Below, one piece after another: positions 1-11,392 of a stretch of DNA of 64,000 nucleotides. A program made the translations under genes and the position numbers. This DNA is from Podarcis muralis. Taxonomy: Eukaryota. The notes below the pieces were generated by a model. The model was not told the DNA's origin. It worked only from the letters and a program-made list of their open reading frames with translations, and made no database searches. The first letter of the stretch is position 1, and every line of letters begins with the position of its first letter. The stretch covers positions 75,206,001 through 75,270,000 of the forward strand of contig NC_135661.1 of assembly GCF_964188315.1 (NCBI RefSeq), given 5' to 3'.

Positions 1-1155
1 CAGCTTGCACGAGGTAATTAGCGGCTGATTATGGGGAGTAAATCAGTCTCCCTCATCTTTCCAGGGAAAGGGGAAGATGCTGCCCTCGCCCGCGGTTGCC
101 ATAAATCACCCCCGAGTTCGGATGAAGGAGGGGGTGAGAGGCACTGGGCGGAAAGCCCTCGTGCAGGCTCGGAGCTCCCTGCCAGCTGCTTTCAGGAGCG
201 AGCCTGGTTGCGTTGCTTAAAAAGAAAAAAATTGGAGAAGTAAACGCACATGCTTCAAGAGAGGTCAGGAGTGTTTTTATCTGCTAAAATTTTTACCACT
301 GAGATGAAGAAGATCGGGACGGAAGGAAGGAAGGAACAGAGATAACATCAGAGAATCGCTGACTTGTTGGTAGGTGGAACGGAACGGAAAGGGGGGGGAA
401 GACTTTTTATTTTTTCATGTGATTACCTAACAACCCTCCCCCTTAAAGAACCGTCTCAACGACCAATTTGCAGGTGGGATTAAAAATGAACTGTGTGTGG
501 GGAACATGAATTAAAGGTTTTGCTTTGTGAAAGATTTGGAAAGAAGGGGGCTCTCTTTGTGACGCAGCAAGAAATGTGACCCGATATGGACAGGCAGACC
601 TTTGCTGCAAGATAGATGGTCTTAGGGAGGAAGAGCCGTGGATCTGTTATCAGGCTGGGATCGTAAATTTGAAAGGGCTGTTATCCTCCTGGAGAGACCA
701 ATTATGATGCAGCAGGTCTGGAAAGTTAAAGAGCGGACATTCAGACTGTATTTCATCGTAGCGACAAGATGGCGAATGTTTGCTCGAACGAAAGCCTGGA
801 CTGTTGGATTTCTGTGAGAGATCTACGCGAGAGCATTACAAAGCCCACACAGAGATATAAATAAGACTGTTTCTTTCAATCCACTTGTGGAGAGAACTCG
901 GAGGTGACTGAAAAGGAAAATGAGTAACGACAAAGAGTTGAGAAGATGGGACAGAAAACATCATTGTAAACATGAAAGCAGCAGAAATATGGATGATTGG
1001 ACTCCTGACAATCACGAAGCATGGGTACCCCCCACAAAAAAGTTTATTTGGAAAATATTTGGACTCTATGATGTGTATTGATATAATTTGGACTAATTGG
1101 TATGATATGTTTAATTTGGTAAATGGAAACTTAATAAAAAAAAATTTAAAAAAAG
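1..1155 (+). mobile_element. ~1.1-kb non-autonomous L1/Tx1-like retroposon, copy 1 (5' end outside window)
   Basis: Homologous in reverse complement to 35418-36497 and 22497-23629. Ends in AATAAA plus A-rich tail (1133-1154). No long ORF. Confidence 0.65.
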
Positions 1156-1549
1156 AAAATACTGACAGAAAGTACCTCGAGCTGTACTTCATGGCTAAGG
1201 TTTCCAGAACTTTGTGGGGCGGTTCATGGTCCTTCAATCCCCTATTGTGGAAAAAAGCAACAATCCATTGTTGATATAACTGCTGATATAGATACAGATA
1301 GGAATGAAAAATGCAACAGTTCTGCTTGCAAGAAGTCATTTTTGCATCAGCATGTCTCCTGAAGAAGCACCACACATCAGCCATAAACTCTTTACACCAG
1401 GCATAGGCAAATTTGGCCCTCCAGATGCTTTGGGACTATAATTCCCATCATCCCTGACCACTGGTCCTGTTAGCTAGGGAGTTGTAGGCCAAAAACATCT
1501 GGAGAAGAAGAGTTTGGATTTGATATCCTGCTTTATCACTACCCTAAGG

Positions 1550-2223
1550 AGTCTCAACATCAAAAAAATGAAGATCATGGCCACTGGGGCCATCACCTCC
1601 TGGCAAATAGAAGGGGAAGAAATGGAGGCAGTGATAGATTTTACTTTCTTGAGCTCCATGATCACTGCAGATGGTGACAGCAGTCACAAAATTAAAAGAC
1701 ACCTGCTTCTTGGGAGAAAAGCAATGACAAACCTAGTCAGCATCTTAAAAAGCAGAGACATCACCTTGCCGACAAAGGTCTGTATAGTTAAAGCTATGGT
1801 TTTCCCAGTAGTGATGTATGGAAGTGAGAACTGGACCATAAAGAAAGCTGATCGCCGAAGAATTGATGCTTTTGAATTATGGTGCTGGAGGAGACTCTTG
1901 AGAGTCCCATGGACTGCAAGAAGATCCAACCTATCCATTCTTAAGGAAATCAGCCCCGAGTGCTCACTGGAAGGACAGATCCTGAAGCCAAGGCTCCAAT
2001 ACTTTGGCCACCACATGAGAAGAGAAGACTCCCTGGAAAAGACCCTGATGTTGGGAAAGATTGAGGGCACAAGGAGAAGGGGACGACAGAGGACGAGATG
2101 GTTGGACAGTGTTCTCGAAGCTACCAACATGAGTCTGACCAAACTGCGGGAGGCAGTGGAAGACAGGAGTGCCTGGCATGCTCTGGTCCATGGGGTCATG
2201 AAGAGTCGGACACGACAACAACA
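1550..2223 (+). mobile_element. Bov-B (RTE) LINE, 5'-truncated 3' fragment
   Basis: ORF 1514-2257 reads KAMVFPVVMYGSENWTIKKADRRRIDAFELWCWRRLLRVPWTARRSN, the Bov-B RT C-terminus. Ends in a CAA tail. Confidence 0.95.
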
Positions 2224-2229
2224 AAATCA

Positions 2230-2728
2230 TATCTTCTCTCAGTCTTATTTTTTCTAGGATAAACATACCCAGCCCCTTCAAGTGCTCCTCATAAGGTTTG
2301 GTTTCCAGACCCTTGATCATCTTGGTTGCCCAGCTCTGCACATATTCTGGGCACTATACTTCAGTTGATGCTACTTTGAAGAGCGTTCCCCCTCTTTTTT
2401 CTTTTTCTGCTGCTGCTGCCTCACACTCTTGGCTCATTTAAGTTTGTCATCTACTAAGACTCCTAGATCCTTTTCACATGTACTACTGGTAAGTCAGGTG
2501 TCTCCCATCTTAGATTTGTGCAGCTAGTTCTTCCTGCCTAAGTACCGAACCTTACATTTGCCCCTGTTGAATATCATTTACTAATTTTTAGCCCAGTTCT
2601 CCAATCTGTTAAGGTCATCTTGAATCCAAATTCTGTCATTGGCTACCCCTTCTGGTTTGGTGCCATCTCCAAATTTGATGAGCATCCCCTCAATTCCTTC
2701 GTCCAAGCTGTTTATAAAGACATTGAAC
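2230..2728 (-). mobile_element. CR1 LINE 3' fragment
   Basis: Minus-strand translation [35 protein letters not shown] matches the CR1 RT C-terminus. Confidence 0.85.
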
Positions 2729-4011
2729 TAAAGGTGAACTGAACTGAATCTCTCCCTCCATTGCTACCTACACATGCTTTGGATGAACGATATTGTGATC
2801 TGCAAAAGTGGAAAACAGGGAGGCGGGAAGCTTGGCTTTCTCCTGTGACTTCAGCTGAACTGCAAACAGTGGCTCTGGCTTTATACAGTGTGGAGATAAG
2901 CAGCAGCAGCAGCTGCTGCTAATGTTTGCAGATCACGCTTCTGCGACAGTTACAAGAGGAGCCCTTGTAAAACAGTTGGTGAGCCTCATAGGTCGTGGGA
3001 TGAACAGGGAGGCAATAAAAAACTCACGCCCTTTTGTAACAGGATTGCCTCTTGGAGGCTTTAAAAGCAAGCAGGAAATAGCACTGTTTCCACTTGCAAC
3101 TGCTATTCAGGGGCATAGCCATGCAGTGGTGGGTATGCCTGCGCTGACCAGGGTGGGCACGCTCCCGAGGGGGGCGTGGCATGGAGAGTGCCCTCCCAGG
3201 CGTGGGATAGCCACTCGGATGCCCAGAGTGGTACATGTGCCCTGCAGCCGGGGGCGGAGTAAGCCTCCCATAGGGGCAGAGCAAGCCGCCCATGGCGGAC
3301 TTTTGGTGCGCCGCCTGCCAGCGACACCCAAGCCTCTCCCAAGTTGTCAAAATGAAGGAGGCACAGCTCCTCCCCTTACACCGAAGGCTCAGGGTAGGCT
3401 TGGGAGTCATGGGCGGGCGGTGCACTGAATATCACCCAGGGCAGTCCGGAAATGAGATGAAACCTACTTAATGTAGGCACAGCAGTCCAGGTTGTGCCAT
3501 TAAATTAAGCCTGCCTTTACAACCATTTTTCCCTCCCTGTACAGTTCATAACATCAGAATCAGAAAGTATATCCGTACTTCAAAGTGTCTGACCTGTTTG
3601 TTCTAATCCGCAGTAAAATGAAACCTATGCATATATAGAATTCTGACAATCCAAATGGTATCTTTATTTCTCAAGCATATTACAGATGCAGGCAGTATGT
3701 GAAGGTGGGACTTGATTTTCCAGATTCTCTTCCAGGGAACCAAAATGCAAATCTCTCTTTACAGCCTCAGCAATACCCCAAATACATTTTGAGGCAACGC
3801 CGAAGGTTTCTCATCAAAACGTTCTTCTGTTTCCATCTCTAGCAGTATTCAGTACTGTTTTTTCTACGCTCCTGCAGCCATCATAGTGCATGGCCATCGT
3901 GACTAGCAGCCACTGACACCTTCTTCATGTGAAATGGCAAGGACGATAAAAGACGCTTTTTATCCAGTCTGGTTTGATTTCATAAAATATATAAATAGGG
4001 GAGCAAAGGGA

Positions 4012-4090
4012 GAGCCAGTGTGGCATAGTGGTTAGAGTGTCGGACCAGGAGCTAGGTGACCAGGGTTCGAATCCCAACTCAGCCACAAAG
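4012..4090 (+). mobile_element. tRNA-derived SINE head
   Basis: Pol III A box TGGCATAGTGG and B box GGTTCGAATCCC at typical spacing. Confidence 0.65.
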
Positions 4091-4539
4091 CATTTCCCCT
4101 CCTGCTCTGTGTTTGTTGCCACCAGGGCTGTTTCTACAGTTTGGCTTCAGAGAATACCTCCGCTGTCCAGCTTGCTATCTTCTGTCGCCAGAACTGACGT
4201 AGTTAATCGTAGAATCATAATGGATTAATGTAATTAGTTATGTAATCAATTTCAATGGAAAAGAACATCTAAAACAACGCACAAAACAATGTAATTACTT
4301 AAGTAACCACTGCAAACCCAGAAAACGATGATAGCGAGTATTGCTTGTCTTCTCTCGCAAAATTTCCATTCCTGATCTCCGGCGAGCAGTCAGATTGCAT
4401 CAACATTTGCTGCTGTTTCCATCTCTGAGTGAATTCTCTGACATCCCTAGTCCTGTTCCAGATTCCTTCTCCCTCGCACTTTTCAAAAAGCATCCACGCA
4501 GTTGCTAACTCTGCGAAAAGAGTCTCATCCAGGCTTGCC

Positions 4540-5704
4540 CTGTATTTTTCGCACCATAGGACGCACCGGACAATAGGACGCACCTTGTTTTAGAGGGGGG
4601 AGAACAAGGGAAAAAAATTCTTCCGCTCTCTGCCCAGCGCCCCTTCAGTGAAGCGGCAGGAGGCGCTGCGCAGAGAGTGGGAGAATTTCCCCCCTCTTGT
4701 TTTCCTCCTCTAAAACAAGGTGCCGTTTAAGGTGCGTTCAGGCGGCTACCTTGGAAGCCTGGAGAGCGAGAGGGGTCGGTGCGCACCGACCCCTCTCGCT
4801 CTCCAGGCTTCAGGTTCCTTTCGACCTGCTCTTTGGGGCTGGCGGGGGGAAGCCCACCACCAGCCCCAAAGAGCAGGTCAGGGAGCAGTGGAAAGGCGCA
4901 GCAGAGAGGCTGCTACCATAGGCGCGCGTCACCTCTCCAGCCGGGAGAGGGTCGCGGGGGGCTGCTTTAGCCCCGCGCGCGCTCTCCCAGCTGGAGAAGT
5001 GACGCGCGCCTATGGAGGCTCCTGCCATAGGCGCGCGTCACTTCTCCAGCCGGGAAAGGGTCGCGGGGAGCTGGTTTAGCCCCGCGCACGCTCTCCCAGC
5101 TGGAGAGGTGACGCGCGCCTATGGAGGCTCCTGCCATAGGCGCGCGTCACTTCTCCAGCCGGGAGAGGGTCGCGGGGGGCTGCTTTAGCCCCCCCCCCGC
5201 GCTCTCCCAGCTGGAGAGGTGACGCGCGCCTATGGAGGCTCCTGCCATAGGCGCGCGTCACCTATCCAGCCGGGAGAGGGTCGCGGGGGGCTGGTTTAGC
5301 CCCGCGCGCGCTCTCCCAGCTGGAGAGGTGACGCGCGCCTATGGAGGCTCCTGCCATAGGCGCGCGTCACTTCTCCAGCCGGGAGAGGGTCGCGGGGGGC
5401 TGCTTTAGCCCCGCGCGTGCTCTCCCAGCTGGAGAGGTGACGCGCGCCTATGGAGGCTCCTGCCATCGGCGCGCGTCACTTCTCCAGCCGGGAGAGGGTC
5501 GCGGGGGGCTGCTTTAGCCCCGCGTGCGGTCTCCCAGCTGGAGAGGTGACGCGCGCCTATGGAGGCTCCTGCCATAGCCCCGCATTACCTCTCCAGCCAG
5601 GAGAGGGTCGCAGGGCTATGGCGTCTTCGCTCCATAGGACGCACACACATTTCCCCTTCATTTTTGAAGGGGAAAAAGTGCGTCCTATAGAGCGAAAAAT
5701 ACGG
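4540..5704. mobile_element. Non-autonomous Tc1/mariner-superfamily (Tc2/pogo-like) DNA transposon filled with hairpins
   Basis: Terminal inverted repeats CTGTATTTTTCGCACCATAGGACGCAC / GTGCGTCCTATAGAGCGAAAAATACGG. TA follows the right end; the left TA is not preserved. Confidence 0.75.
4916..5620. repeat. 109-bp GC/CpG-rich palindromic minisatellite (6 full units plus 1 degenerate)
   Basis: Units start at 4916, 5025, 5134, 5245, 5354, 5463, 5572. Each is CCATAGGCGCGCGTCAC(T/C)TCTCCAGC...GCTGGAGA(A/G)GTGACGCGCGCCTATGG plus a short linker. Confidence 0.95.
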
Positions 5705-5848
5705 TAGGTCGTAGAGTGCAATGTGGCTTAATCAAGAAGCCTAGCTAAGTGGGCTTTTATAAGTCAAAGTAAAAATAATAATAAAGGGTCAGAGTGAAGT
5801 AACATGGTGCTTAAATCACCTTCATTTCAATGTAACTTCCTCATCAAT

Positions 5849-6151
5849 CAAAACAAAAAAAATTCCTTCCAGTAGCACCTTAAAGACCAACTAAGTTAGT
5901 TCTTGGTATGAGCTTTCGTGTGCATGCACACTTCTTCAGATATACACACTGTGTATCTGAAGAAGTGTGCATGCACACGAAAGCTCATACCAAGAACTAA
6001 CTTAGTTGGTCTTTAAGGTGCTACAGTGTATCTGAAGAAGTGTGCATGCACACGAAAGCTCATACCAAGAACTAACTTAGTTGGTCTTTAAGGTGCTACT
6101 GGAAGGAATTTTTTTTGTTTTGACTATGGCAGACCAACACGGCTACCCATC
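5849..6151. mobile_element. Penelope-like element terminal-repeat fragment (inverted plus tandem arms)
   Basis: Inverted-repeat arrangement with a 75-bp tandem duplication. 18-bp flanking duplication TGTAACTTCCTCATCAAT (5831-5848, 6152-6169). The same terminal sequence is attached to the GIY-YIG fragment at 19.4-20.0 kb. Confidence 0.8.
5953..6065 (+). ncRNA. Two tandem minimal type I hammerhead ribozyme motifs (5953-5990, 6028-6065); antisense copy at 5906-5943
   Basis: GTAT-CTGAAGA-A-GTGTG-CATG-CACAC-GAAA-GC-TC-ATAC: CUGANGA and GAAA cores, hairpin stem II, stem I GUAU/AUAC, palindromic AGCU helix III. Activity not shown. Confidence 0.6.
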
Positions 6152-7345
6152 TGTAACTTCCTCATCAATGTCAGCAGCCGTTTTATTGATGCCCTGTGTG
6201 ACTCTCACAGCAGGCTGAACTTCGCATGTTGGTAGGTTTTTGTACTTACTTATCTCTATGTTGTAAAAAGTTTCACCCTTTATATTGCAGATGACTCACA
6301 CATTTATGTCAAATATTTGCTAGATGTACAGTACATTTAGCAGTTGCATATATTTTATCTCTTTTTCGCTACTGTTGATTTTTAATCCTCTTTTGAACGT
6401 TTTCTTTAAAATACTTGTGCTAACTGGCTTTTTAATTGATCATTTTAATGTTTTATCCTTCATTGTAAACTGCTTAGAGGTTTTTTTTGTTACAACCAAG
6501 CAGTATATAGATATCATTACACAAGAAATAAATAAATAAAACACCAGATGTGCAACACTGGAATCAGAAGCAAAGACAATAAAAAATTATCATGCTATCA
6601 GATTCCCTTGCAAACCTTAGAACAAAGCATATCTCATATTGGCTGATGAGGGTGGTTTATTTCTCCAACATTCCATAAATGTCTATCAGTTCTGCACAAA
6701 GCTGCCATATATGTTTGTCTTCATTATCTGCCTTCTTTCTCTACTTGATGTAAAAATTGGGGTTTGGCTTTTGCTGCTCAACTCCTCATGGGACTCTGAG
6801 TCCCCTAAGTCCATGATCAGTCAAAGAAGAATGGATGGAGGCAGGAGCCAGTGGGAACCAAGGCAGATATTTATTTTTCTGTGGCAACAGAGTTCCTTTC
6901 CCCTCCTTCCAAGGAGGGAGAGTCCCTGAACAAAAGTGTGCCTTTGACTTTTGACATTGCCCAACCCCCTTAGCTAAAGGCCACCCCAAAATCACCATGC
7001 ATACATTATAGGAGGCAGTCTACAGCAGAAATCCTGTCTGCCAGAATACCTGATAATGGTCCCTGATTGCATTACCTGGGCACAGGACCAGATTTAGGTT
7101 TGATGAGGCCCTAAGCTACTGAAGGTAATGGGGCCCTTTATATGTCCAGCTCTCCTTTGTCAACAACAAATTGTCACTGTTTTTTGTGTTGAATACATAC
7201 TATATGGTAATTTAGGGACATAATAGGTATCTAAAGCCATTTGCACATAACAAAATCTGTATTTTATCAAAGTAATTGTTGAACTGAAATACAATTAAGA
7301 AGTATATTAACAGTGAAATAATTATTAAGCTCTAACTGTATGTAG

Positions 7346-7687
7346 CTGTGGGTAAAACCTCAGCGCCTAGGACTTGCCGATCACATGGTCGGCAGTTTGA
7401 ATCCCCGCGGCGGGGTGCGCTCCCGTCGTTCGGTCCAGCGCCTGCCAACCTAGCAGTTCGAAAGCACCCCCAGGTGCAAGTAGATAAATAGGGGCCGCTT
7501 ACCAGCGGGAAGGTAAACGGCGTTCCGTGTGCTGCGCTGGCTCGCCAGATGCAGCTTGTCACGCTGGCCACGTGACCTGGAAGTGTCTCCGGACAGCGCT
7601 GGCTCCCGGCCTGTAGAGTGAGATGAGCGCACAACCCTAGAGTCTGTCAAGACTGGCCCGTACGGGCAGGGGTACCTTTACCTTTAC
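7346..7687 (+). mobile_element. Sauria SINE
   Basis: Typical body and (ACCTTT)n tail. 13-bp TSD TAACTGTATGTAG (7333-7345, 7688-7700). Confidence 0.9.
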
Positions 7688-8161
7688 TAACTGTATGTAG
7701 GTTTTATTTTATTTGTTTTTTATCTTATATTTTGGAAATGTACAGCCAGGTTGTTTTTTCTTTAGTTTTTTTTTTTTGGGGGGGGGGGCAAGAGAGTGAA
7801 GCCCTAAGCTATAGCTTGTTTAGCTTATACGTAAATCCGGCACTGCCTGGGCAGTCTGGCCATTCTTTTGTGATGGTTAATAGTTTACTACCTGAATCCA
7901 GGTCACAGTCTCACCCTATTCATACACAAATATGCCCTCAAAACAGGATTTGTAAGCAAAAAGACAATGGGAAGGTTTTCCCCAATTGCCTCCCTTACTG
8001 CAGAGGAATATTTGAGGTCATTGGGAGAGTCAAAATGGCTTCAGGATTGCTCTCCTGTACTATTTCAGACACATTTAGATATGTGAGCATTTATGAATAT
8101 TTATTCTGTATTTGAGACCTTAGAATTCTTATAAATCGTGACCTCCCTAAAAGAGGGCACG

Positions 8162-8701
8162 TGTTGCGGTGAGACCTGGAGACCAAACTCCTGTGTTGTG
8201 GGTGGGTAAGATTGGATAGCCGCAACACCCAATTGGTAGGTCCCTCGATGTTGGGTTCAATCTGACCAATGGGGCGCAGTCTAAATGGATCGAGGTACCT
8301 ATATATACCCATGCACGTGACCCAGAGCTTCCTCTTTTGGCTTGTGCATTCGGAACAGCTAAATGGCATGTCCTTTGTGCAACCGAGAAAGAGAGACTTA
8401 CCCTCGATGGATTGTCTTGGTGATATCTTTCCGTTATCTTTCTTTCTTTAGCTTTCTTTTATTTATTTTGTTCTTTATTGTTTTCCCCATTTTAAGTTCC
8501 CCTTCCTTCCCCTTCCCTCTTGCTAGCGGGGCTTGCCCCACAAGGTTTCAGCCTCTGAGCGTTCCTTGTTGCGGAGCCTGCCGCTACACTCACCTGTAAT
8601 CAATAAAGCTGTGGCCTAAATTCTGCCAAAAACCAAAACTAAAATTTGAGTCAAGTGTGACTTTATTTAGTGGGGAGGTCTCTGGGTCTGAACACGCAAC
8701 A
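8162..8701 (+). mobile_element. Solo LTR (ERV-like)
   Basis: TGTTGCG...CGCAACA termini, CCAAT (~8266), TATATA (~8300), AATAAA (~8602). No clear TSD. Confidence 0.65.
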
Positions 8702-10949
8702 GTTGCATTCACACTTTTTTGTATCATCAAAGCATCATGGATATGTACTATAACTGAAGTCTGTGAAATGGGCTTAAAACTTTTGTAGAACTAATGACTG
8801 CATCTCCGGACTGTTTCAGCATAAAATACCAGAATTAGCCCAAACATGTATTTCCGCTGACCGAGTTTCCCAGACTTACATAACACCATTACTGTTGACT
8901 TTCTCTTTGATTCAGAAGCTTTATTTTATTCTGACGCATGTATACCTTGGGTTCGGATAAGTTCCCTAAACAAATACTTTCAACGATTAATCCCTCAGCA
9001 GGTGGGGCTTTCCTCTTAAATCAGAATTACTGGATGACAAAGAAGAAGAGGAGGAGGAGGAAGAAGAAGAAGGTACTAAAAATTGGACATATATCAAGAA
9101 TAAAGAATAGCCAATGTAGTGCTATCCTGGTTTCAATTTCTGGAATCTCCAGATAAGACTGGGAGGGTCCTCTGCCAGATATTCTGCAGTCACTGCCAGT
9201 CAGTGCACACAATACTGGGGTAGATGGGTCAGTAGTCTGACTCTGTATAAGGCAGCTTATATGCATGGGTGCTAATTTAGAAATGGCGACTACAGTTTAA
9301 ATAGATACATCTCACCTCCTTAGGGTATTATACCTGAGAACTGAAGTTAAGGCTGTACAGCCCTTCAAACAGTGCAAAGAGTCCCCTGCCTTTCTGGGCT
9401 CAGGAGCGCATCTGGAACTCTTAAGTGGCTGTTGCCATCATGACAAAATGCCCATCTCACAGGCACGAAACTGGCAGTGCTCAGAATCCCTCTCCCAAAA
9501 CAACAGGTGAAACATCTACATGCAAGCAAAAACAAATGAAACACAGAGCAGAAAAAGCAGAGAACAGCCCCCAAAAGCAGGCAATCCTGCAAAAAAAACC
9601 ACCACCCTCTAAAAGTAAAAAAATAAATAAAAAAGCAACTCGATATTTTTATAAAAAAAACCCAACAACTTAAAAAAATGGAGGGCAGGGAAACCTTGAT
9701 GTGTGTCTGAGGGTGTCCACAGATTCTGTCCACAAGTGATACAGAATTTGAGAATATCTTCAAATTGAGAGAGGTCCTATGTAAAATAGGACTCATGACC
9801 ACCCCTTAATCCAACTAGAGTTTTTGGAAAAAATAAGCCCAAACTGTTGCAAACAAGTAGCCTGAAATGCCATCCCCCAAAAAGACAACAAAATTCTTTT
9901 GCGTAAATGAAAAACAAACAACAGAGTTATTGAACACTTAAAATGTGAAGGGCATCATATCTTGATTTTCCAGGAACCGAGAACGGGAACTTTGACAAAC
10001 AGGAAATCCTTGAAATTGGAAACGGCAGCAGTGTATTGAGGAGATATCAGTCTTTACATTAGATATAAACAAGGACTTCCCCTGTCAGATGACCATGGCC
10101 AGTGAGAGAACTTTCATTCACATATATATGCACACACACACACACACACACATCTCGCAGTCTGCTAGTATTGGTCAAGGCTGTACAAAAATGAAATGCT
10201 ACAGATTATTCAAAGTCTTGAAGCAATTGAGGATTTTCCTGCAGCTTGGCATTGGACTGGCTAAGCAACGGATCCTAAAGAACAACACAGTAAAATAGTG
10301 AGAACAATGTATTAGACCACATCAACAAAATGGTAAGGAAAAGAGTGGTTAAATTTATGGAAAGAAATGCTAATTGAGATTACCTTGAGTGATATGATAC
10401 AAAATACTATGGTATAATGGATTAATGTGATAGCCTTCCATGGCCTCACAGTTATGCTTGATGCTCAGTTATATAGGTCAATTCTCTCTCGCTTTCTGCA
10501 GATTTTTGGAAAGAGCATGTGAAAAGACTTCAATTAAATTGTGCACATTTGGGATAAGTTTTTAATGGGAAATGGGGGAATCGCCCATGTACACTAGGCT
10601 AGGGCTTAAATATTTTTTCTTCTCTGTGGTTTTATTTTAATTCTGGACACTAGAGGGCAATGTATTATTTTCTTTAAAAGCCATAGCTCTGGGATGTACC
10701 CGTTGAAACCAATGTGGGTCGAACACTCAAGAAGGTGGCTTCTGCACATACTGTAGAGGGAAGTTAGATTCAGATGGGGGTGGTCAACATGGGAAGGTAG
10801 CCCATTTAGGAGAAAGAAAGCTCTGATCCTAAACCTCTGCTACCTTATGGAAGAAGGAAAGGCTAAGGAGTAAACCCTATACAAATCCAGAGTCCCTAAG
10901 ACATTGGATGGCATATTGTACACCTCCTTCTGGCAACTCGTGCAGCCAA

Positions 10950-11108
10950 GATGGTGCCAGGTGTATTCTGTATCCAGGGCAGCTGTCTACCAGCTCCATC
11001 TGGTACGCAGGCTGAGACCCTCCCTGCCTGCAGACTGTCTCGCCAGAGTGGTGCATGCTCTAGTTATCTCCCGCTTGGACTACTGCAATGCGCTCTACGT
11101 GGGGCTAC
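10950..11108 (+). mobile_element. L2 LINE RT fragment
   Basis: Translation LVRRLRPSLPADCLARVVHALVISRLDYCNALYVGL. Confidence 0.85.
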
Positions 11109-11152
11109 TGCAATGCGCTCTACGTGGCTCTGCTTTCCTACAACTGCGATAA

Positions 11153-11392
11153 CTTTGGTCCAGTCGTGGCCGACCCTGGAGTTGCGGCGCTCATCTCGCT
11201 TTATTGGCCGAGGGAGCCGGCGTACAGCTCCTGGGTCATGTGGCCAGCATGACTAAGCCGCTTCTGGCGAACCAGAGCAGCGCACGGAAACGCCGTTTAC
11301 CTTCCAGCTGGAGAGGTACCTATTTATCTACTTGCACTTTGACGTGCTTTCGAACTGCTAGGTTGGCAGGAGCAGGGACTAAGCAACGGGAG
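11153..11392 (-). mobile_element. Sauria SINE, partial
   Basis: Reverse complement of the SINE body seen at 7346 and 30111. Confidence 0.85.

Noticed and set aside
1514-2257. 247-aa ORF and its antisense ORFs as host genes
   Set aside because: It is the Bov-B RT C-terminus. The similar ORFs at 13.7, 43.8 and 49.0 kb are the same element read on either strand.
3545-3606. Strong acceptor followed by a short frame, as exon 4 of an upstream seventh paralog
   Set aside because: The peptide (VHNIRIRKY...) lacks TM4 character, and no matching exons 1-3 are visible.
4299-4583. Minus-strand 94-aa ORF with protein-like composition
   Set aside because: Its start lies in the MITE, and no recognisable motif or splice support was found.
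4916-5620. Regular repeats as a CRISPR array
   Set aside because: Eukaryotic context, no unique spacers and no cas genes. It is a minisatellite inside a MITE.
9365-9802. Hydrophobic minus-strand ORF containing RWAFC
   Set aside because: Hydrophobicity comes from a T-rich strand. The phase-1 reading hits a stop, and it does not align to paralog exons.
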